NCBI GenBank assembly: GCA_964486045.1 | Contig: CAZALK010000001.1 | Span: forward strand, 64,001 to 128,000 | From: an uncultured archaeon | GTDB lineage: Archaea; Asgardarchaeota; Lokiarchaeia; Sigyniarchaeales; SOKP01 | Length of the DNA: 64,000 bases | Direction of reading: 5' to 3' | Part shown: positions 1 to 10,495 of the stretch, one piece after another | Layout: every line of letters begins with the position of its first letter | Numbering within the stretch: position 1 is the stretch's first letter | The notes under the pieces: generated by a model | What the model saw: only the letters and a program-made list of their open reading frames with translations | Told to the model about the DNA's origin: nothing | The model's database searches: none | Made by a program: the position numbers and the translations under genes

Positions 1-1170
1 TGTATTCCAAGCGGTATTATCATTACTGGATCTCACAACTCTCAGGAATGGAATGGCTTAAAATTACTTTCTATAGGAAATTTTCTAGATACATCTGAAA
101 TGGGATATATTAAGAGCAAATTAAACACAATTAATTTAAAATCATTTTCTTTTAGGAAAAAAAAAGTGCATGAGCATGTAAAAAATTTGGATCCGTATAC
201 GCATTATGCTCAAGATATTTTCAAGCACATTGATCTTGAAGATATTTCCAACAGAAATAAGCTCAAAGTAGTGGTTGATACTGGAGCTGGAGCAGGTAAG
301 TTTGTGACTCCTCAAATATTAAAAAAAATGGGCTGCGAAGTTCGATTGATTAATAATAAATTAATTGTTAAAAGCGAATTTCCTCGGGGAATTGAACCGA
401 AAGAAACAAATCTTAGAGATTTAATAATGGAAGTATGGCAATGTAAGTATGATTTAGGATTTGCTCACGACTCAGATGCTGATAGATTATCTATTATTGG
501 GGATGATGGTGCTTATTATCCGGGAGATATTGGTTTGTCACTCATTGCAGAAGACTATCTAAAAAACTATTCTAATTCAAATAGAGAGATTATAATTGTT
601 ACAGATCTAGCTTCTTCCTTACGATTTGAAGCATTAGCAAAAAAATATAGTGCGACAGTAATTAGAACATCAATAGGTGAGAGGTATTTAACCGCAAAAA
701 TGAATATGCTGATGAAAGAAAAGAGAAATGAATCCGGGAATCTATTGGTTTTTGGGGGAGAAGGTTCAGGTGGGGGATTCATGTATCCTTATTTTAATAA
801 AACCAGAGATGGTATTTTTGCAGCAGCAAAAATTATTGAAATATTAGTAGAATCAGGAAAAAAAATCTCAGATCTAGTTTCTCTCCTTCCTAAATATTAT
901 TCCCATAGAAAAAACATAGATGTCAAAAATAAGGATATTAAGTTAATAATCGAATTAGTAAAAAAAGAATTGACTGATGAAGGTGAATATGTGGAGCAAA
1001 TTGATCACGATCTCAGGTGGGGAAAGGAAAATGAATGGTTTATTTTAGTTCACCCTTCAAACACAGAGCCTATAATTAGAGTTGTTAGTGAAGCTAAAAG
1101 AGCATCACTGGCAAGAGTATATTGTGAAGTTACAACCGAACTAATTAGACTATTGATTAATAGAATATAA
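1..1170 (+). CDS. Phosphohexomutase (phosphomannomutase/phosphoglucosamine mutase family), 5'-truncated by window edge
   Basis: Frame is open from base 1 (CIPSGIIITGSHNSQEWNGLK, the catalytic SHN loop); metal loop HDSDADR, sugar loop GEGSGG and C-terminal SNTEP..RV..EA. Confidence 0.9.
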   Translation, partial: CIPSGIIITGSHNSQEWNGLKLLSIGNFLDTSEMGYIKSKLNTINLKSFSFRKKKVHEHVKNLDPYTHYAQDIFKHIDLEDISNRNKLKVVVDTGAGAGKFVTPQILKKMGCEVRLINNKLIVKSEFPRGIEPKETNLRDLIMEVWQCKYDLGFAHDSDADRLSIIGDDGAYYPGDIGLSLIAEDYLKNYSNSNREIIIVTDLASSLRFEALAKKYSATVIRTSIGERYLTAKMNMLMKEKRNESGNLLVFGGEGSGGGFMYPYFNKTRDGIFAAAKIIEILVESGKKISDLVSLLPKYYSHRKNIDVKNKDIKLIIELVKKELTDEGEYVEQIDHDLRWGKENEWFILVHPSNTEPIIRVVSEAKRASLARVYCEVTTELIRLLINRI

Positions 1171-1309
1171 TTTTGTTTTAGTTCTTTAAAGGTTAACTAC
1201 TGAATTTTAACCCATCCTTTTCCCATTTATCTCATTAAATCTACTACCTCAATAAGATTTAAATATTAATATTTCATATATATTCTTTAAACATATTTGT
1301 TGAATATAT

Positions 1310-1403
1310 CATGGTAATTAAAGATCATAAACGGAATGCATTGGTCGGTGGAGATACACTAATCTGTACTCCGTTTATAGGTAATTCAATGGCCATGACA
1401 TTA
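1310..1403 (+). ncRNA. Candidate structured small RNA (long hairpin followed by ACA; H/ACA-like)
   Basis: catggt(1310-15)/gccatg(1392-97) basal stem followed by ACA (1398-1400); upper stem ataaacgga(1327-35)/tccgtttat(1370-78); TTTAAA about 25 nt upstream; no clear K-turn. Confidence 0.3.
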
Positions 1404-1664
1404 ATGTATATGCATTTCTAAGTATATATTAATAATACTTTATCCTAATCGATACACGAATATCAACAAATACTACATTTAACTCTTAGTATTTTCTGCG
1501 TTGTTTACAAAATGATTTAGATTTTTTATCTAAATTCCTGTTTCTCATAATACATCTACACTTAAGACTCTTGGGCTTGGTCCGATTTCAAGTTAGGATA
1601 AATAAATATGTTTTATCTTTAAAAAATAGTTTATATAAAAAAATTTAAAAATTTAAAAATTGAG

Positions 1665-1886
1665 GTGAAAAATTTGTTAGAAATAAAGGAATTGGCAGAA
1701 GAAAGAGGAGATTTTTGGCTAGAAAAAGCAGAACAAGAACCGATTGAAAAGTTGCTCAAGCTCAAAGGATATAAATTACGTGAGCTAAGAATAAAGGAAC
1801 TCTACAATCTTAGATACAGAGAAGAAAAGGAAGGATACTTAAGAAAACTGGAAGCGAAGAAAGCCTGTTTAAATCTTCTTAATTAA
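1665..1886 (+). CDS. Small charged helical hypothetical protein
   Basis: 73-aa ORF with GTG start inside GAGGTG and AT-rich TATA-like upstream region; E/K/L-rich. Confidence 0.5.
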   Translation: MKNLLEIKELAEERGDFWLEKAEQEPIEKLLKLKGYKLRELRIKELYNLRYREEKEGYLRKLEAKKACLNLLN

Positions 1887-2100
1887 TGCTGATATGTATA
1901 ATACATTCCAGGAAAGATAAAAATGAACGTAAATCAAAATATGAAAGATGATGCGTTAAAAAATTTATAATTAAACAATTTTTTTAAGTTCTATTCTAAT
2001 TAATTGAATCCCTTTAATAATTAAAAGAACAGCCTTTATAAGCTCAAGAACGGGAAATATTAAGGAGATTGAGTTTTAAATTTCACGTTTAAATATTTTT

Positions 2101-3927
2101 TTACATATCTAATCCCTTAAAAATTGCAGTTGCTATTTTTTTTCCGACTACTTGCGAGATTTCATTCAAAGCAGCTTTCTTTATGTTATCTACACTCCCA
2201 AAATGATTGAGTAATTTATTTCTTGAAATTGATCCTACTCCTTCAATATCATCTAATAATGAGCCAATCAATCGTCTCTTTCTCTGCTTCTTATGTAATC
2301 TAACAGCAAAGCGATGGGCTTCATCCCGAACTCTTTGAAATAGCTTTAAAAGATATGAGTTTTTTGGAAGTGAAATAGGTTCTTTTTGATCAGGAAGATA
2401 TATTTCTTCGTATTTTTTTGCTAGACCGATAATAGGAATTTCAAGACCTAATTCTTGTAGGACAGAAATGCCTGCATTTAATTGGCCTTTTCCCCCATCA
2501 ACTAATATTAAATCGGGAAGTTCTAAATTCCGTTTTAAAATCATGTTATATCTTCTTTTTATCACTTCTCTCATCATCGCTACATCATCGGGGGTTGATT
2601 TAGTTTTAATTTTAAAATGTCTGTAATTTTTATTGTATGGTTTGCCTTCTAAAAAATAGACCATTGAGCCTGTTGCATCTGTACCTTCAATATTTGATAT
2701 ATCAAAGCCTTCAATAATTCTAGGTTCTATTGGTAGGTTCAATAATGCTTTGGCTTCCTTTAAAGCTTCTTCTCGGAAGTCTTTCTCATCCATTCTAATC
2801 TGTTCAATCTCCGCTTGTTGTTGAACCATAACTTGAGCATTCTTATCGGCGATTCGTAATAGGCTGACCTCGTAGTCATCCTTCGGCACCCGAACTTGTA
2901 TCTCAGCCTTTAAATCTTCAAGATAATTAATTAAAATGTCAAACTTTTCATTTAATTCATTTACTATTATCGTATCTGGCAAATTAGTTTTAAAACCTTG
3001 ATAATATTGTTCTAAAATAGAGGAAAATATCTCGTCTTTGTAAACAAGCTTTTCCCTTAAATCGAAGTTAAAAGAATTTTTTTTGATTATTCTCCCTTCC
3101 CGAATATGGATTATAACCAACGTAATAAAGTTATCTTCAGCAAATTTTCCAATTATATCCTTATTAGTTTCTTGATCTAAAAAAACATGCTGTGGGTCTG
3201 TTGCATGATTAATATCATTCAGTTTATCTCTCCAAATGGCTGCCAGCTCGAAATTTTGTTCTAAAGCAGCCTTCCCCATTTTTTCCTCGATTTGTTTTTT
3301 TAAAACACTCGTTTCTCCTTTTAAAAACAATTCAATTTTTTTAACATTTTCCCTATATTCTTCTCTTGTTATATCAGAGAAACATGGACCAGGGCAAAGT
3401 TTTAATTGGTAGTATAAGCAAGGTCTTCTTTTTTTTCTAACCGGTTTTTTACATGAGCAATAAGGAAATATTCTTCTTAAATCTCTTAAAATTCTAATTA
3501 TCTCCTTTTTATCAGTATAAGGACCTAAAAACACATTTGTTTGTGTGTATTTATGAGGATTTCTGAGAACGCGGATACGTGGAAAATCTTCAGAGTAAAA
3601 AATCGCAACCCAAGGATAAGATTTAGAATCCCTCATGATCACGTTATACCGAGGTAAATGTTTCTTAATTTGAATGTTTTCTAAGAGAAATGCTTCCTTT
3701 TCATTTTCAGTGACGATGTATTCAATGTCCTGAATTTTCTTAACTAATTCTTTTATCTTTTCTTCATAGTAAGGATCAGTATAGCTAGTTTTTAAAAAAT
3801 ATTGATTCACTCTTTTTCTTAGATTCAGTGCTTTTCCTATATATATAATAGTTCCAGCTCTATCTTTAAACAAATATACCCCAGGTTCGTTGGGTAAGCT
3901 TTTTCTAAGAAGGTCTAAGTTTTTCAT
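2101..3927 (-). CDS. uvrC: Excinuclease ABC subunit C
   Basis: GIY-YIG N-terminus (PGVYLF..IYIGKA..LRKRV), Cys cluster, UVR domain, RNase H-like IEGFDISN and DGGKGQ, RDEAHRFA, C-terminal HhH; start probably MKNLDLL at 3927 rather than 3990. Confidence 0.97.
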   Translation of the reverse strand: MKNLDLLRKSLPNEPGVYLFKDRAGTIIYIGKALNLRKRVNQYFLKTSYTDPYYEEKIKELVKKIQDIEYIVTENEKEAFLLENIQIKKHLPRYNVIMRDSKSYPWVAIFYSEDFPRIRVLRNPHKYTQTNVFLGPYTDKKEIIRILRDLRRIFPYCSCKKPVRKKRRPCLYYQLKLCPGPCFSDITREEYRENVKKIELFLKGETSVLKKQIEEKMGKAALEQNFELAAIWRDKLNDINHATDPQHVFLDQETNKDIIGKFAEDNFITLVIIHIREGRIIKKNSFNFDLREKLVYKDEIFSSILEQYYQGFKTNLPDTIIVNELNEKFDILINYLEDLKAEIQVRVPKDDYEVSLLRIADKNAQVMVQQQAEIEQIRMDEKDFREEALKEAKALLNLPIEPRIIEGFDISNIEGTDATGSMVYFLEGKPYNKNYRHFKIKTKSTPDDVAMMREVIKRRYNMILKRNLELPDLILVDGGKGQLNAGISVLQELGLEIPIIGLAKKYEEIYLPDQKEPISLPKNSYLLKLFQRVRDEAHRFAVRLHKKQRKRRLIGSLLDDIEGVGSISRNKLLNHFGSVDNIKKAALNEISQVVGKKIATAIFKGLDM

Positions 3928-4151
3928 TGGTAATTTATTTGTATAAGGGTTTGGGTAATAATAATTAATTAAATCTTTTATTCTTATCAATTAATAATTA
4001 AACTATTTTGATTAATAGGGGAATCTAAAAGATAATTAAAATTTTGCTTTATCTTTGTTAATAAATAATTTCAAATTTAAAGCTGTATATTAATATCAGA
4101 GATGTCAATTTTTAATTATTACGTATTAATAATAAAAATGTAAGCATTAGA

Positions 4152-4346
4152 ATGGTTAATATAAGAATTTGTCCAAAATGCAAACAACCGAAATTAAAAA
4201 GTGCTGTAAATGTCTCGGGATGGTTAGCACCTAACATGTTTGAATGTACCAATTGTGGCTATTTGGGACATTTTTACATTGAGATCGATTCTGAGGATTT
4301 TATGTTAGATCAAGAAAAATCTGCAAATGATAATTCAGAATCATAA
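4152..4346 (+). CDS. Small zinc-ribbon protein
   Basis: CPKC...CTNCG pairs and an acidic tail in 64 aa. Confidence 0.65.
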   Translation: MVNIRICPKCKQPKLKSAVNVSGWLAPNMFECTNCGYLGHFYIEIDSEDFMLDQEKSANDNSES

Positions 4347-4406
4347 AAATATCAAACTTTATAGATATATTTTGATAATCATTAAAAAAAAATTTCCTGA
4401 TAAAAT

Positions 4407-5342
4407 ATGGAACAATTGTTAAAAGACGCAGAAAAAATCAAGTCTTTAGAAATACAAGGTGCTACTAATGTAGCACTTAATGCAATTCAATTTTTAAGTG
4501 AATATGCGAAAAGATTAAAATCTGATAACCTTGAAACGTGTTTTAATAATCTCTACAAAGCTAGGGGTATTTTAATTGAAACTAGACCAACTGAACCCGC
4601 GATGAAAAATGGCTTGAATTATATCATGAAAAAATTAGAAAAAGAAAAAGAAAATTGCTATCCAGAATTTATTTCTGATGTAATTGAAAAGTACAAGAAT
4701 GAGTATTATGATTTGTTGCAAAACTCAAAGAAAAGAATTGCAAAAATAGGAGCCCGTCGTATTCCTTCCGCAAATAGAAAATTCATGGTAATGACACATT
4801 GTCATTCAAGTTTAGTCACAGCTATTCTTTTAGAAGCCAAAAAACAAAATAAAAATTTCAAAGTTATAAATACAGAAACACAACCTAGATTGCAAGGAAG
4901 GAAAACCGCAGAGGAACTACTCAAGGCAGATATAGAAGTAATTCATGTTATTGACAGCGCTATGAGGTGGGCTGTAAGGCATTTTGATGTAGATCTGATA
5001 ATAATAGGAGCGGACAGTATTACAAGTGAAGGAACAATTATTAATAAAATCGGATCAAGATTGCTAGCATTAGTAGCTCATGAAGAACACGTTCCTTTTT
5101 ATGTTGCATCTCCATTACTAAAATATAATCCAGAAACAAATCTTGGAATTTTGGAAATCATTGAAATGAGGGATTCAAGTGAAGTTTGGGAAAATCCTCC
5201 TAAAGGGATTGAAGTTTTAAATCCTGCATTTGAAACTGTGTCTCGACGATATATAGATGGGTTAATTACAGAAGCGGGAATATTTGCTTCGAGTCATGTA
5301 CCAAATTATTTTATGAAATGGTATCCCGAAATGGTACAATAA
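4407..5342 (+). CDS. Ribose-1,5-bisphosphate isomerase (eIF-2B alpha/beta/delta family)
   Basis: IQGAT, TRPTEP, MTHCHSS (catalytic Cys), GADSI, NKIGS and NPAFE motifs; adjacent to Rubisco. Confidence 0.88.
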   Translation: MEQLLKDAEKIKSLEIQGATNVALNAIQFLSEYAKRLKSDNLETCFNNLYKARGILIETRPTEPAMKNGLNYIMKKLEKEKENCYPEFISDVIEKYKNEYYDLLQNSKKRIAKIGARRIPSANRKFMVMTHCHSSLVTAILLEAKKQNKNFKVINTETQPRLQGRKTAEELLKADIEVIHVIDSAMRWAVRHFDVDLIIIGADSITSEGTIINKIGSRLLALVAHEEHVPFYVASPLLKYNPETNLGILEIIEMRDSSEVWENPPKGIEVLNPAFETVSRRYIDGLITEAGIFASSHVPNYFMKWYPEMVQ

Positions 5343-5356
5343 CTACTCAATTGAAT

Positions 5357-6643
5357 TTAACCCCACTTCTCAATGGCTCTAGCTAATTCCGTATGATTTT
5401 TGGCATAATCTTTTAAATCACGATTTTCTAAAGCCGCGTTAATAGCTTGTCTTATAGCTCTAGCTCCAGCTTCAGTGCCATCTGGGTGTCCATGACAACC
5501 TCCTCCGAATTGATACACCATATCTTTACCTAATATTTCTATTAGCTCTAGAGCATCTAGAGGGCTCAAACCACCTGAAGCGACGGGTAATGTAGGTTTA
5601 ATATTATACCAATCTTGATCAAGGATTGACAAATTATTACTTACAATTTTTTGTTCTGTTATTACCTTGTTAATTTCTAGGACTTCTTGTCTACCTCCTT
5701 CCATTTTGCCTACAACCGTTCCTGTGTGAAGTTGATCCATTCCAATTAATCTCATAAGTTTAGCTAAAACTAGCATTGTCATTCCATGTTTTTTACTACG
5801 GGTAAATGCAGCATGCATTGCCCTATGAGCATGGATTATTACTTCTTTGTTATCAAGATAATCTCTAATTTCTTGTAAAGCAGAGAATCCGACTGTAACA
5901 ATATCCACCATAACATATTCCCCACCATTATCAATTACGAAATCAGCTCTTTTTTTCATAGTAGTAAGGGGTGCTGTTATATTAGGCATATAAATTTTCT
6001 TTTCCCCAGTTTCATTTTCAACTTTATCTCGAATTATTAATGTTTCAATGACTCTTTTCTCAAATTTATTAAAGGTCATATTAGTTAAATTTTCGTCATC
6101 TTTTACTATATCCAATCCACCCCTCCAAGCTTCACCACACACTTTTGCATGTTCTAGTTCATTCAACCCAACTTTAGGTTTTACGATTGTTCCTAACAGG
6201 GGGCGATTGTTAACTTTGGTCAATTTTCTTATCCCCATAATTCCATAATTTGGTCCCTTATATTTTTCTACAATTTTTTTAGGAAAACTGATGTCTAATA
6301 GTCTTAGATGTTTTAGTACTTTCATGCCAAATATATTTCCAGCTATAGCACTTAAGATTTGTGGTAAATTTTCTGCTTCGAAGAGTTCTTTTGTATAAGC
6401 AATTTTAACTATATTGCGTTCGGGATCAATATAAAATGCAGAAGGTTTTAGTTTTTCAGTGATATCAGCCGATAGTGTTGCAATTTCGGTCCAAGTGCCT
6501 ATGGAGCTTTCTTTTGCAATTTCATTACATGCTTGTTCTAAATCCTTGCAATTAGGTGATAATTCAACATAATACATAGCAATTAGGTCATTATCATTCG
6601 GTTTATATTGTAAATTAACATAATTTACCAATTTATCCACCAT
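5357..6643 (-). CDS. rbcL: Form III ribulose-1,5-bisphosphate carboxylase large subunit
   Basis: ESSIGTW, KPKVGL, KDDENLT (carbamylated Lys motif), HAHRAMHAA, HTGTVVGKMEG, SGGL, QFGGGCHGHP. Confidence 0.96.
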   Translation of the reverse strand: MVDKLVNYVNLQYKPNDNDLIAMYYVELSPNCKDLEQACNEIAKESSIGTWTEIATLSADITEKLKPSAFYIDPERNIVKIAYTKELFEAENLPQILSAIAGNIFGMKVLKHLRLLDISFPKKIVEKYKGPNYGIMGIRKLTKVNNRPLLGTIVKPKVGLNELEHAKVCGEAWRGGLDIVKDDENLTNMTFNKFEKRVIETLIIRDKVENETGEKKIYMPNITAPLTTMKKRADFVIDNGGEYVMVDIVTVGFSALQEIRDYLDNKEVIIHAHRAMHAAFTRSKKHGMTMLVLAKLMRLIGMDQLHTGTVVGKMEGGRQEVLEINKVITEQKIVSNNLSILDQDWYNIKPTLPVASGGLSPLDALELIEILGKDMVYQFGGGCHGHPDGTEAGARAIRQAINAALENRDLKDYAKNHTELARAIEKWG

Positions 6644-6772
6644 TCTTGAAGCTAAATTTTAATTTTTGGGATACGCTCAAAATTTCATAAGAAAAAATTA
6701 GTTTAATGAATTATATTATTAAAATAATAAAAAATTTATAATATTTTTAATTACCCTATTCAGTGATTTATT

Positions 6773-7084
6773 ATGAGTGAAGGTGATAGCAAAACAATTA
6801 CAATTTTTGTAAAAGATTTAAGTTTTAAGAGCGACCAGCATGTAGTTGACTTAATTAGGTTTTTAGCTGAAGCGCTACCACAAATCAGTCTCGATCGTGA
6901 TGGAAATGAGCTTAAGGTTTTACTGCCAACACACCTATCGAGACGAGTTTTAAAGCTTAGGATTAAAAAATTCTTACATAAAAAAGGATTGTCTAAGGAT
7001 TTTAGACCCATTTCGTATAAATCGACTGATAGGGAAGGATATTCGATAGAAGAAAAGAAATTAATTGATTTGAGTTATTACTAA
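6773..7084 (+). CDS. rpl22e: Ribosomal protein eL22 (L22e) homolog
   Basis: LSRRVLKLRIKKFLHKKGLSKDFRPIS..EGY resembles eukaryotic eL22 [27 protein letters not shown]..ESY; size fits. Confidence 0.7.
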   Translation: MSEGDSKTITIFVKDLSFKSDQHVVDLIRFLAEALPQISLDRDGNELKVLLPTHLSRRVLKLRIKKFLHKKGLSKDFRPISYKSTDREGYSIEEKKLIDLSYY

Positions 7085-7134
7085 TTCTATTTATTTCTCA
7101 AATTTATTATATAAATTGAATATTACATCTGGAT

Positions 7135-8109
7135 GTGGCAATGGAAAAACCCAACCTCAGTTTATCTATCAAATCTATTGATGATTTGACGAGATTCATT
7201 AATTTAGCTAGCCTTTTAGAACTATCGGGTTGGCCAAAACCAGGTAATGTACACCGTACGCGAGATTTTCACGATACCAAATTTGAACATTTTTTAGCGG
7301 GAATTGTAGCAATCCAACCAGACTTTAAGAGATTGTGTGAAAGAATCTTCGAGTCATCATATAACAACAAGAACGATTACAAATCTATAGGATTAGGTCT
7401 TTTTTACAAGAGTGCTGCTAAGGAAATGATGAAATGGCAAGATGGGGGTAATGTTCTACTTGGACACATTTTAATACTAGCTCCTCTCGCTGCAGCTGCT
7501 ACATTATGTTTAAGAGAAAACATGTTTAAATTTGTTAATTTTAGATATTTTTTACTAAAAGTAATTAATGAGTCAACGGTAGATGATACACTAAATTTAT
7601 ATGAAGCTATTAGATTTTGTAATCCCGGGGGATTAGGGAAAGTAGAAAAGTATGATATTAATAATATGAATTCGTTTAACGAGATTCGGACTGATAACGT
7701 TAATTTGAAAAAGATTTTTGAATTATCAAAAGAATATGATTTAATTAGTTCTGAATATTCAACAGGATTTAATATTATTTTGAACGAGGGATTACCGTAC
7801 TTCCTTAAAACTTTTAATCAACTTCATAATCCCAACATCACAATTGTAAACACCTATTTGAAAATACTTTCTGAACACCTTGATACCCTAATAATCAGGA
7901 AATCCGGTAGAGTTGCCGCTATCTATGTTAAAAAAGCTGCAATAACAATACTGCAACATGGAGGAATCTCATCTAAAAAAGGTTTAGAATTAGCTTTTAA
8001 ACTAGACAGTGAACTTCATGAGAAAAAAGGGAATCTAAATCCTGGGTCCACTGCTGATCTCCTTGCAGGAATAATATTTTGCGCTTTAATTTTTGGATTA
8101 AAAATATAG
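7135..8109 (+). CDS. citG: Triphosphoribosyl-dephospho-CoA synthase (CitG/MdcB family)
   Basis: LLE..PKPGNVHR at the N-terminus, NPGSTADL at the C-terminus. Confidence 0.85.
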   Translation: MAMEKPNLSLSIKSIDDLTRFINLASLLELSGWPKPGNVHRTRDFHDTKFEHFLAGIVAIQPDFKRLCERIFESSYNNKNDYKSIGLGLFYKSAAKEMMKWQDGGNVLLGHILILAPLAAAATLCLRENMFKFVNFRYFLLKVINESTVDDTLNLYEAIRFCNPGGLGKVEKYDINNMNSFNEIRTDNVNLKKIFELSKEYDLISSEYSTGFNIILNEGLPYFLKTFNQLHNPNITIVNTYLKILSEHLDTLIIRKSGRVAAIYVKKAAITILQHGGISSKKGLELAFKLDSELHEKKGNLNPGSTADLLAGIIFCALIFGLKI

Positions 8110-8178
8110 ATTCTTAAAAACTATTTGGGATAATTAATTTATTTAAATTAAAATCAAATTTAAAAACATTAGACATTT

Positions 8179-8529
8179 ATGGAATACTGCGACGATTGTG
8201 GAGCCATGATGCTCCCTTCTAAATTAAATGGAAAAAATATTTTTAAGTGTAAATGTGGAGCTACAAAAGGTTTAACTGAAGAAAACTCTAGAGCTTATAA
8301 GTTAACAACAAAAATAGAGCATTCAGCAAGAGGAGAAGTTACTAATCTATCAGAATTCATGGCTTGGAAAGAAGAGAATCTAAGGAGTAGTATAAAGGAT
8401 TTCATATGTCCGAAATGCGGATATAATAAAGCACATTTAGAAACTCGTCAAACCAGAAGCGCTGATGAAGGGATGACCCATTTCATAACATGTTTAAAAT
8501 GCGGTAAAATGAAGAAAATTGGCAGTTAA
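8179..8529 (+). CDS. tfs: Transcription factor S (TFS / RpoM family)
   Basis: N-terminal CDDCG..CKCG zinc ribbon; C-terminal CPKCG..QTRSADEG..CLKCG. Confidence 0.92.
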   Translation: MEYCDDCGAMMLPSKLNGKNIFKCKCGATKGLTEENSRAYKLTTKIEHSARGEVTNLSEFMAWKEENLRSSIKDFICPKCGYNKAHLETRQTRSADEGMTHFITCLKCGKMKKIGS

Positions 8530-8537
8530 TCCTTTTC

Positions 8538-8831
8538 TTAGATGAGTTTATCATAGATTTCTTGTTCTTGAGTGACTTTCGAGAAATTAATTTGAATTAC
8601 CTTATTTGAACTTTTTAATCCAGATATAATTTGAATCTGAGTTGAAGAGATCTCAAGTTTTTTCTTTATAAGATTTATTAATTCTATATTTGCTTTATTA
8701 TGTATTGCTTTAGATCGAACTAAAATTGTAAGAAATTCACCATTATCAATGATAGTTTGTTTTTTTGAGTTGGATTTAATTTTAACATGCACCACATATG
8801 AAAAATCCCTTATTTTTTTAAGAAATTTCAT
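8538..8831 (-). CDS. DUF167/YggU family protein
   Basis: VKIKSNSK..KANIEL..IISGLKSSNKVI pattern. Confidence 0.75.
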   Translation of the reverse strand: MKFLKKIRDFSYVVHVKIKSNSKKQTIIDNGEFLTILVRSKAIHNKANIELINLIKKKLEISSTQIQIISGLKSSNKVIQINFSKVTQEQEIYDKLI

Positions 8832-8862
8832 GTCAAAAATAGAAATCTATTCTTAGGATATA

Positions 8863-10242
8863 TTAAATAAAATCTTCAGAATTTTCTCTTAAACGATTAT
8901 ATGATGGTACAGATAACCTGATACCCCCAGCGAGTTTATGTCCCCCCCCTACACCTCCTAATTCTTTCTTTATTCTAGAAATAATATTATTTACACCATC
9001 ACCATTGCTATTTTCAAGATACTTCCTGGAACATCTGATGCTTAATTTGATTGTCCCTGATTTTTTTTCTAGACCACCTAGAAATAGAATTTTCTCAGGG
9101 TTAAAAAGTTCGTTAACAGCGCTGAAACTGGCTGTATCTGACCAATTACTGGGAGGAATTTTTCCTCTCACTTCCATAAAAACGGCTTTTTCTGTTTCAT
9201 GGCTGGGGGGAGCAGTTGAGATAGTTTTTAAATTATTCACAAGGTTGTTAATATATTCTGCATACAAATCCTTGGCATAACGAGTAATTGTCTTTGATTG
9301 TGTAATTGAGAGAGCTGCACTAATGTTTTTAAAACATAGGATATTAATTAAGAGTGCATGCTCAAAGGCAAATCTCAATAATCCTCCTTTTTGAGGTAGT
9401 AATGAATAATGGCCATAACTTTCGATATTTGCTTTTTTCTGAATTGTTTCGATTTGTTGATTATTTAAATCAACAAGTTTTATTTTTGGATCTATCTGTA
9501 TTGTTTGTAAAAATGATTTTATTTGTTGATCGGATGTCCCCCCAAAGTTCTTAACAAAGGGTAAAATGCTATATTTTAAGCCATTTTTAATGGATTCATG
9601 CATATTTCCGAATAAAATTAAACCTTCTTTATCTTCTATAAGATCTTCACTGACTAATTCTTCGTATACCTCTCGATTAAAGGATTGAAGCTTATCCATA
9701 GTCTTTAATGAATCACCTGCAATTCCTATTATCGTTAACCATCCTTGTTTCATTACGGAGCGTTTTATTTGCTTCGCAAACATGTAAGCAAGAGTTGCTC
9801 CAGAGATGTGTTCAAGCCCATCAAACCCATGAATAGTTGGATTTACAAAAAACAGATTTTCAGGTATTTCATCTCTTTCAATTACATTTTCTACCTCATG
9901 ATGATCAAGAATAAAGAATTTTTCCTTTCTATTTCTTATTATAGGAATTAACTCTGCTAAATTAGAACCTAAGTCAGTAAAAATGAAGGCTGTTTTTTCA
10001 CTCTGTCTTTTAGATAGAATTCCATTTAAATAATTTTCCCAAGAAACAGATCGATTATAAATAAAATAATCATAATCTAAATTTAGCTTATATAATAGAT
10101 TTTGGATAATGTGTAAGCAACTTATTCCATCAGCATCATTATGGGAAATGTTTATAACTCGAGTAAATGAGTGATCAATAAAATTATCGACTGCATGGTT
10201 AAAATCCTCTAAAAATTTAACTCTGTTTGGTTTCTTGGTCAT
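8863..10242 (-). CDS. DHH-family phosphoesterase (archaeal RecJ/Cdc45-like)
   Basis: SHNDADG, TDLG, LDHH and DHHA1 GGGHKLAGG motifs. Confidence 0.88.
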   Translation of the reverse strand: MTKKPNRVKFLEDFNHAVDNFIDHSFTRVINISHNDADGISCLHIIQNLLYKLNLDYDYFIYNRSVSWENYLNGILSKRQSEKTAFIFTDLGSNLAELIPIIRNRKEKFFILDHHEVENVIERDEIPENLFFVNPTIHGFDGLEHISGATLAYMFAKQIKRSVMKQGWLTIIGIAGDSLKTMDKLQSFNREVYEELVSEDLIEDKEGLILFGNMHESIKNGLKYSILPFVKNFGGTSDQQIKSFLQTIQIDPKIKLVDLNNQQIETIQKKANIESYGHYSLLPQKGGLLRFAFEHALLINILCFKNISAALSITQSKTITRYAKDLYAEYINNLVNNLKTISTAPPSHETEKAVFMEVRGKIPPSNWSDTASFSAVNELFNPEKILFLGGLEKKSGTIKLSIRCSRKYLENSNGDGVNNIISRIKKELGGVGGGHKLAGGIRLSVPSYNRLRENSEDFI

Positions 10243-10495
10243 TTACATCAATTAATTATTAGGATACAAAGAGTTTTAAATTATTTATGTAAATTATTAG
10301 AATATCAAAAGTATATTCTATTTTTTTTTATTCGGAGTGAAATTTGATAAATTCCAAATAAATTCAATAATTATAAATATTCCTATTTAACATTGGTTTT
10401 TTGAAGAAATCAAGATAAAAGTTAAAATCTATAGAAAAATTATTTAATTTGTTTATATTTTCTGATTTTAAGATTTTAAAACTAAAAGTGCAACA

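Noticed and set aside
4407-5342. eIF2B subunit as a eukaryotic signature protein
   Set aside because: The catalytic THCHS motif and adjacency to Rubisco favour R15P isomerase.
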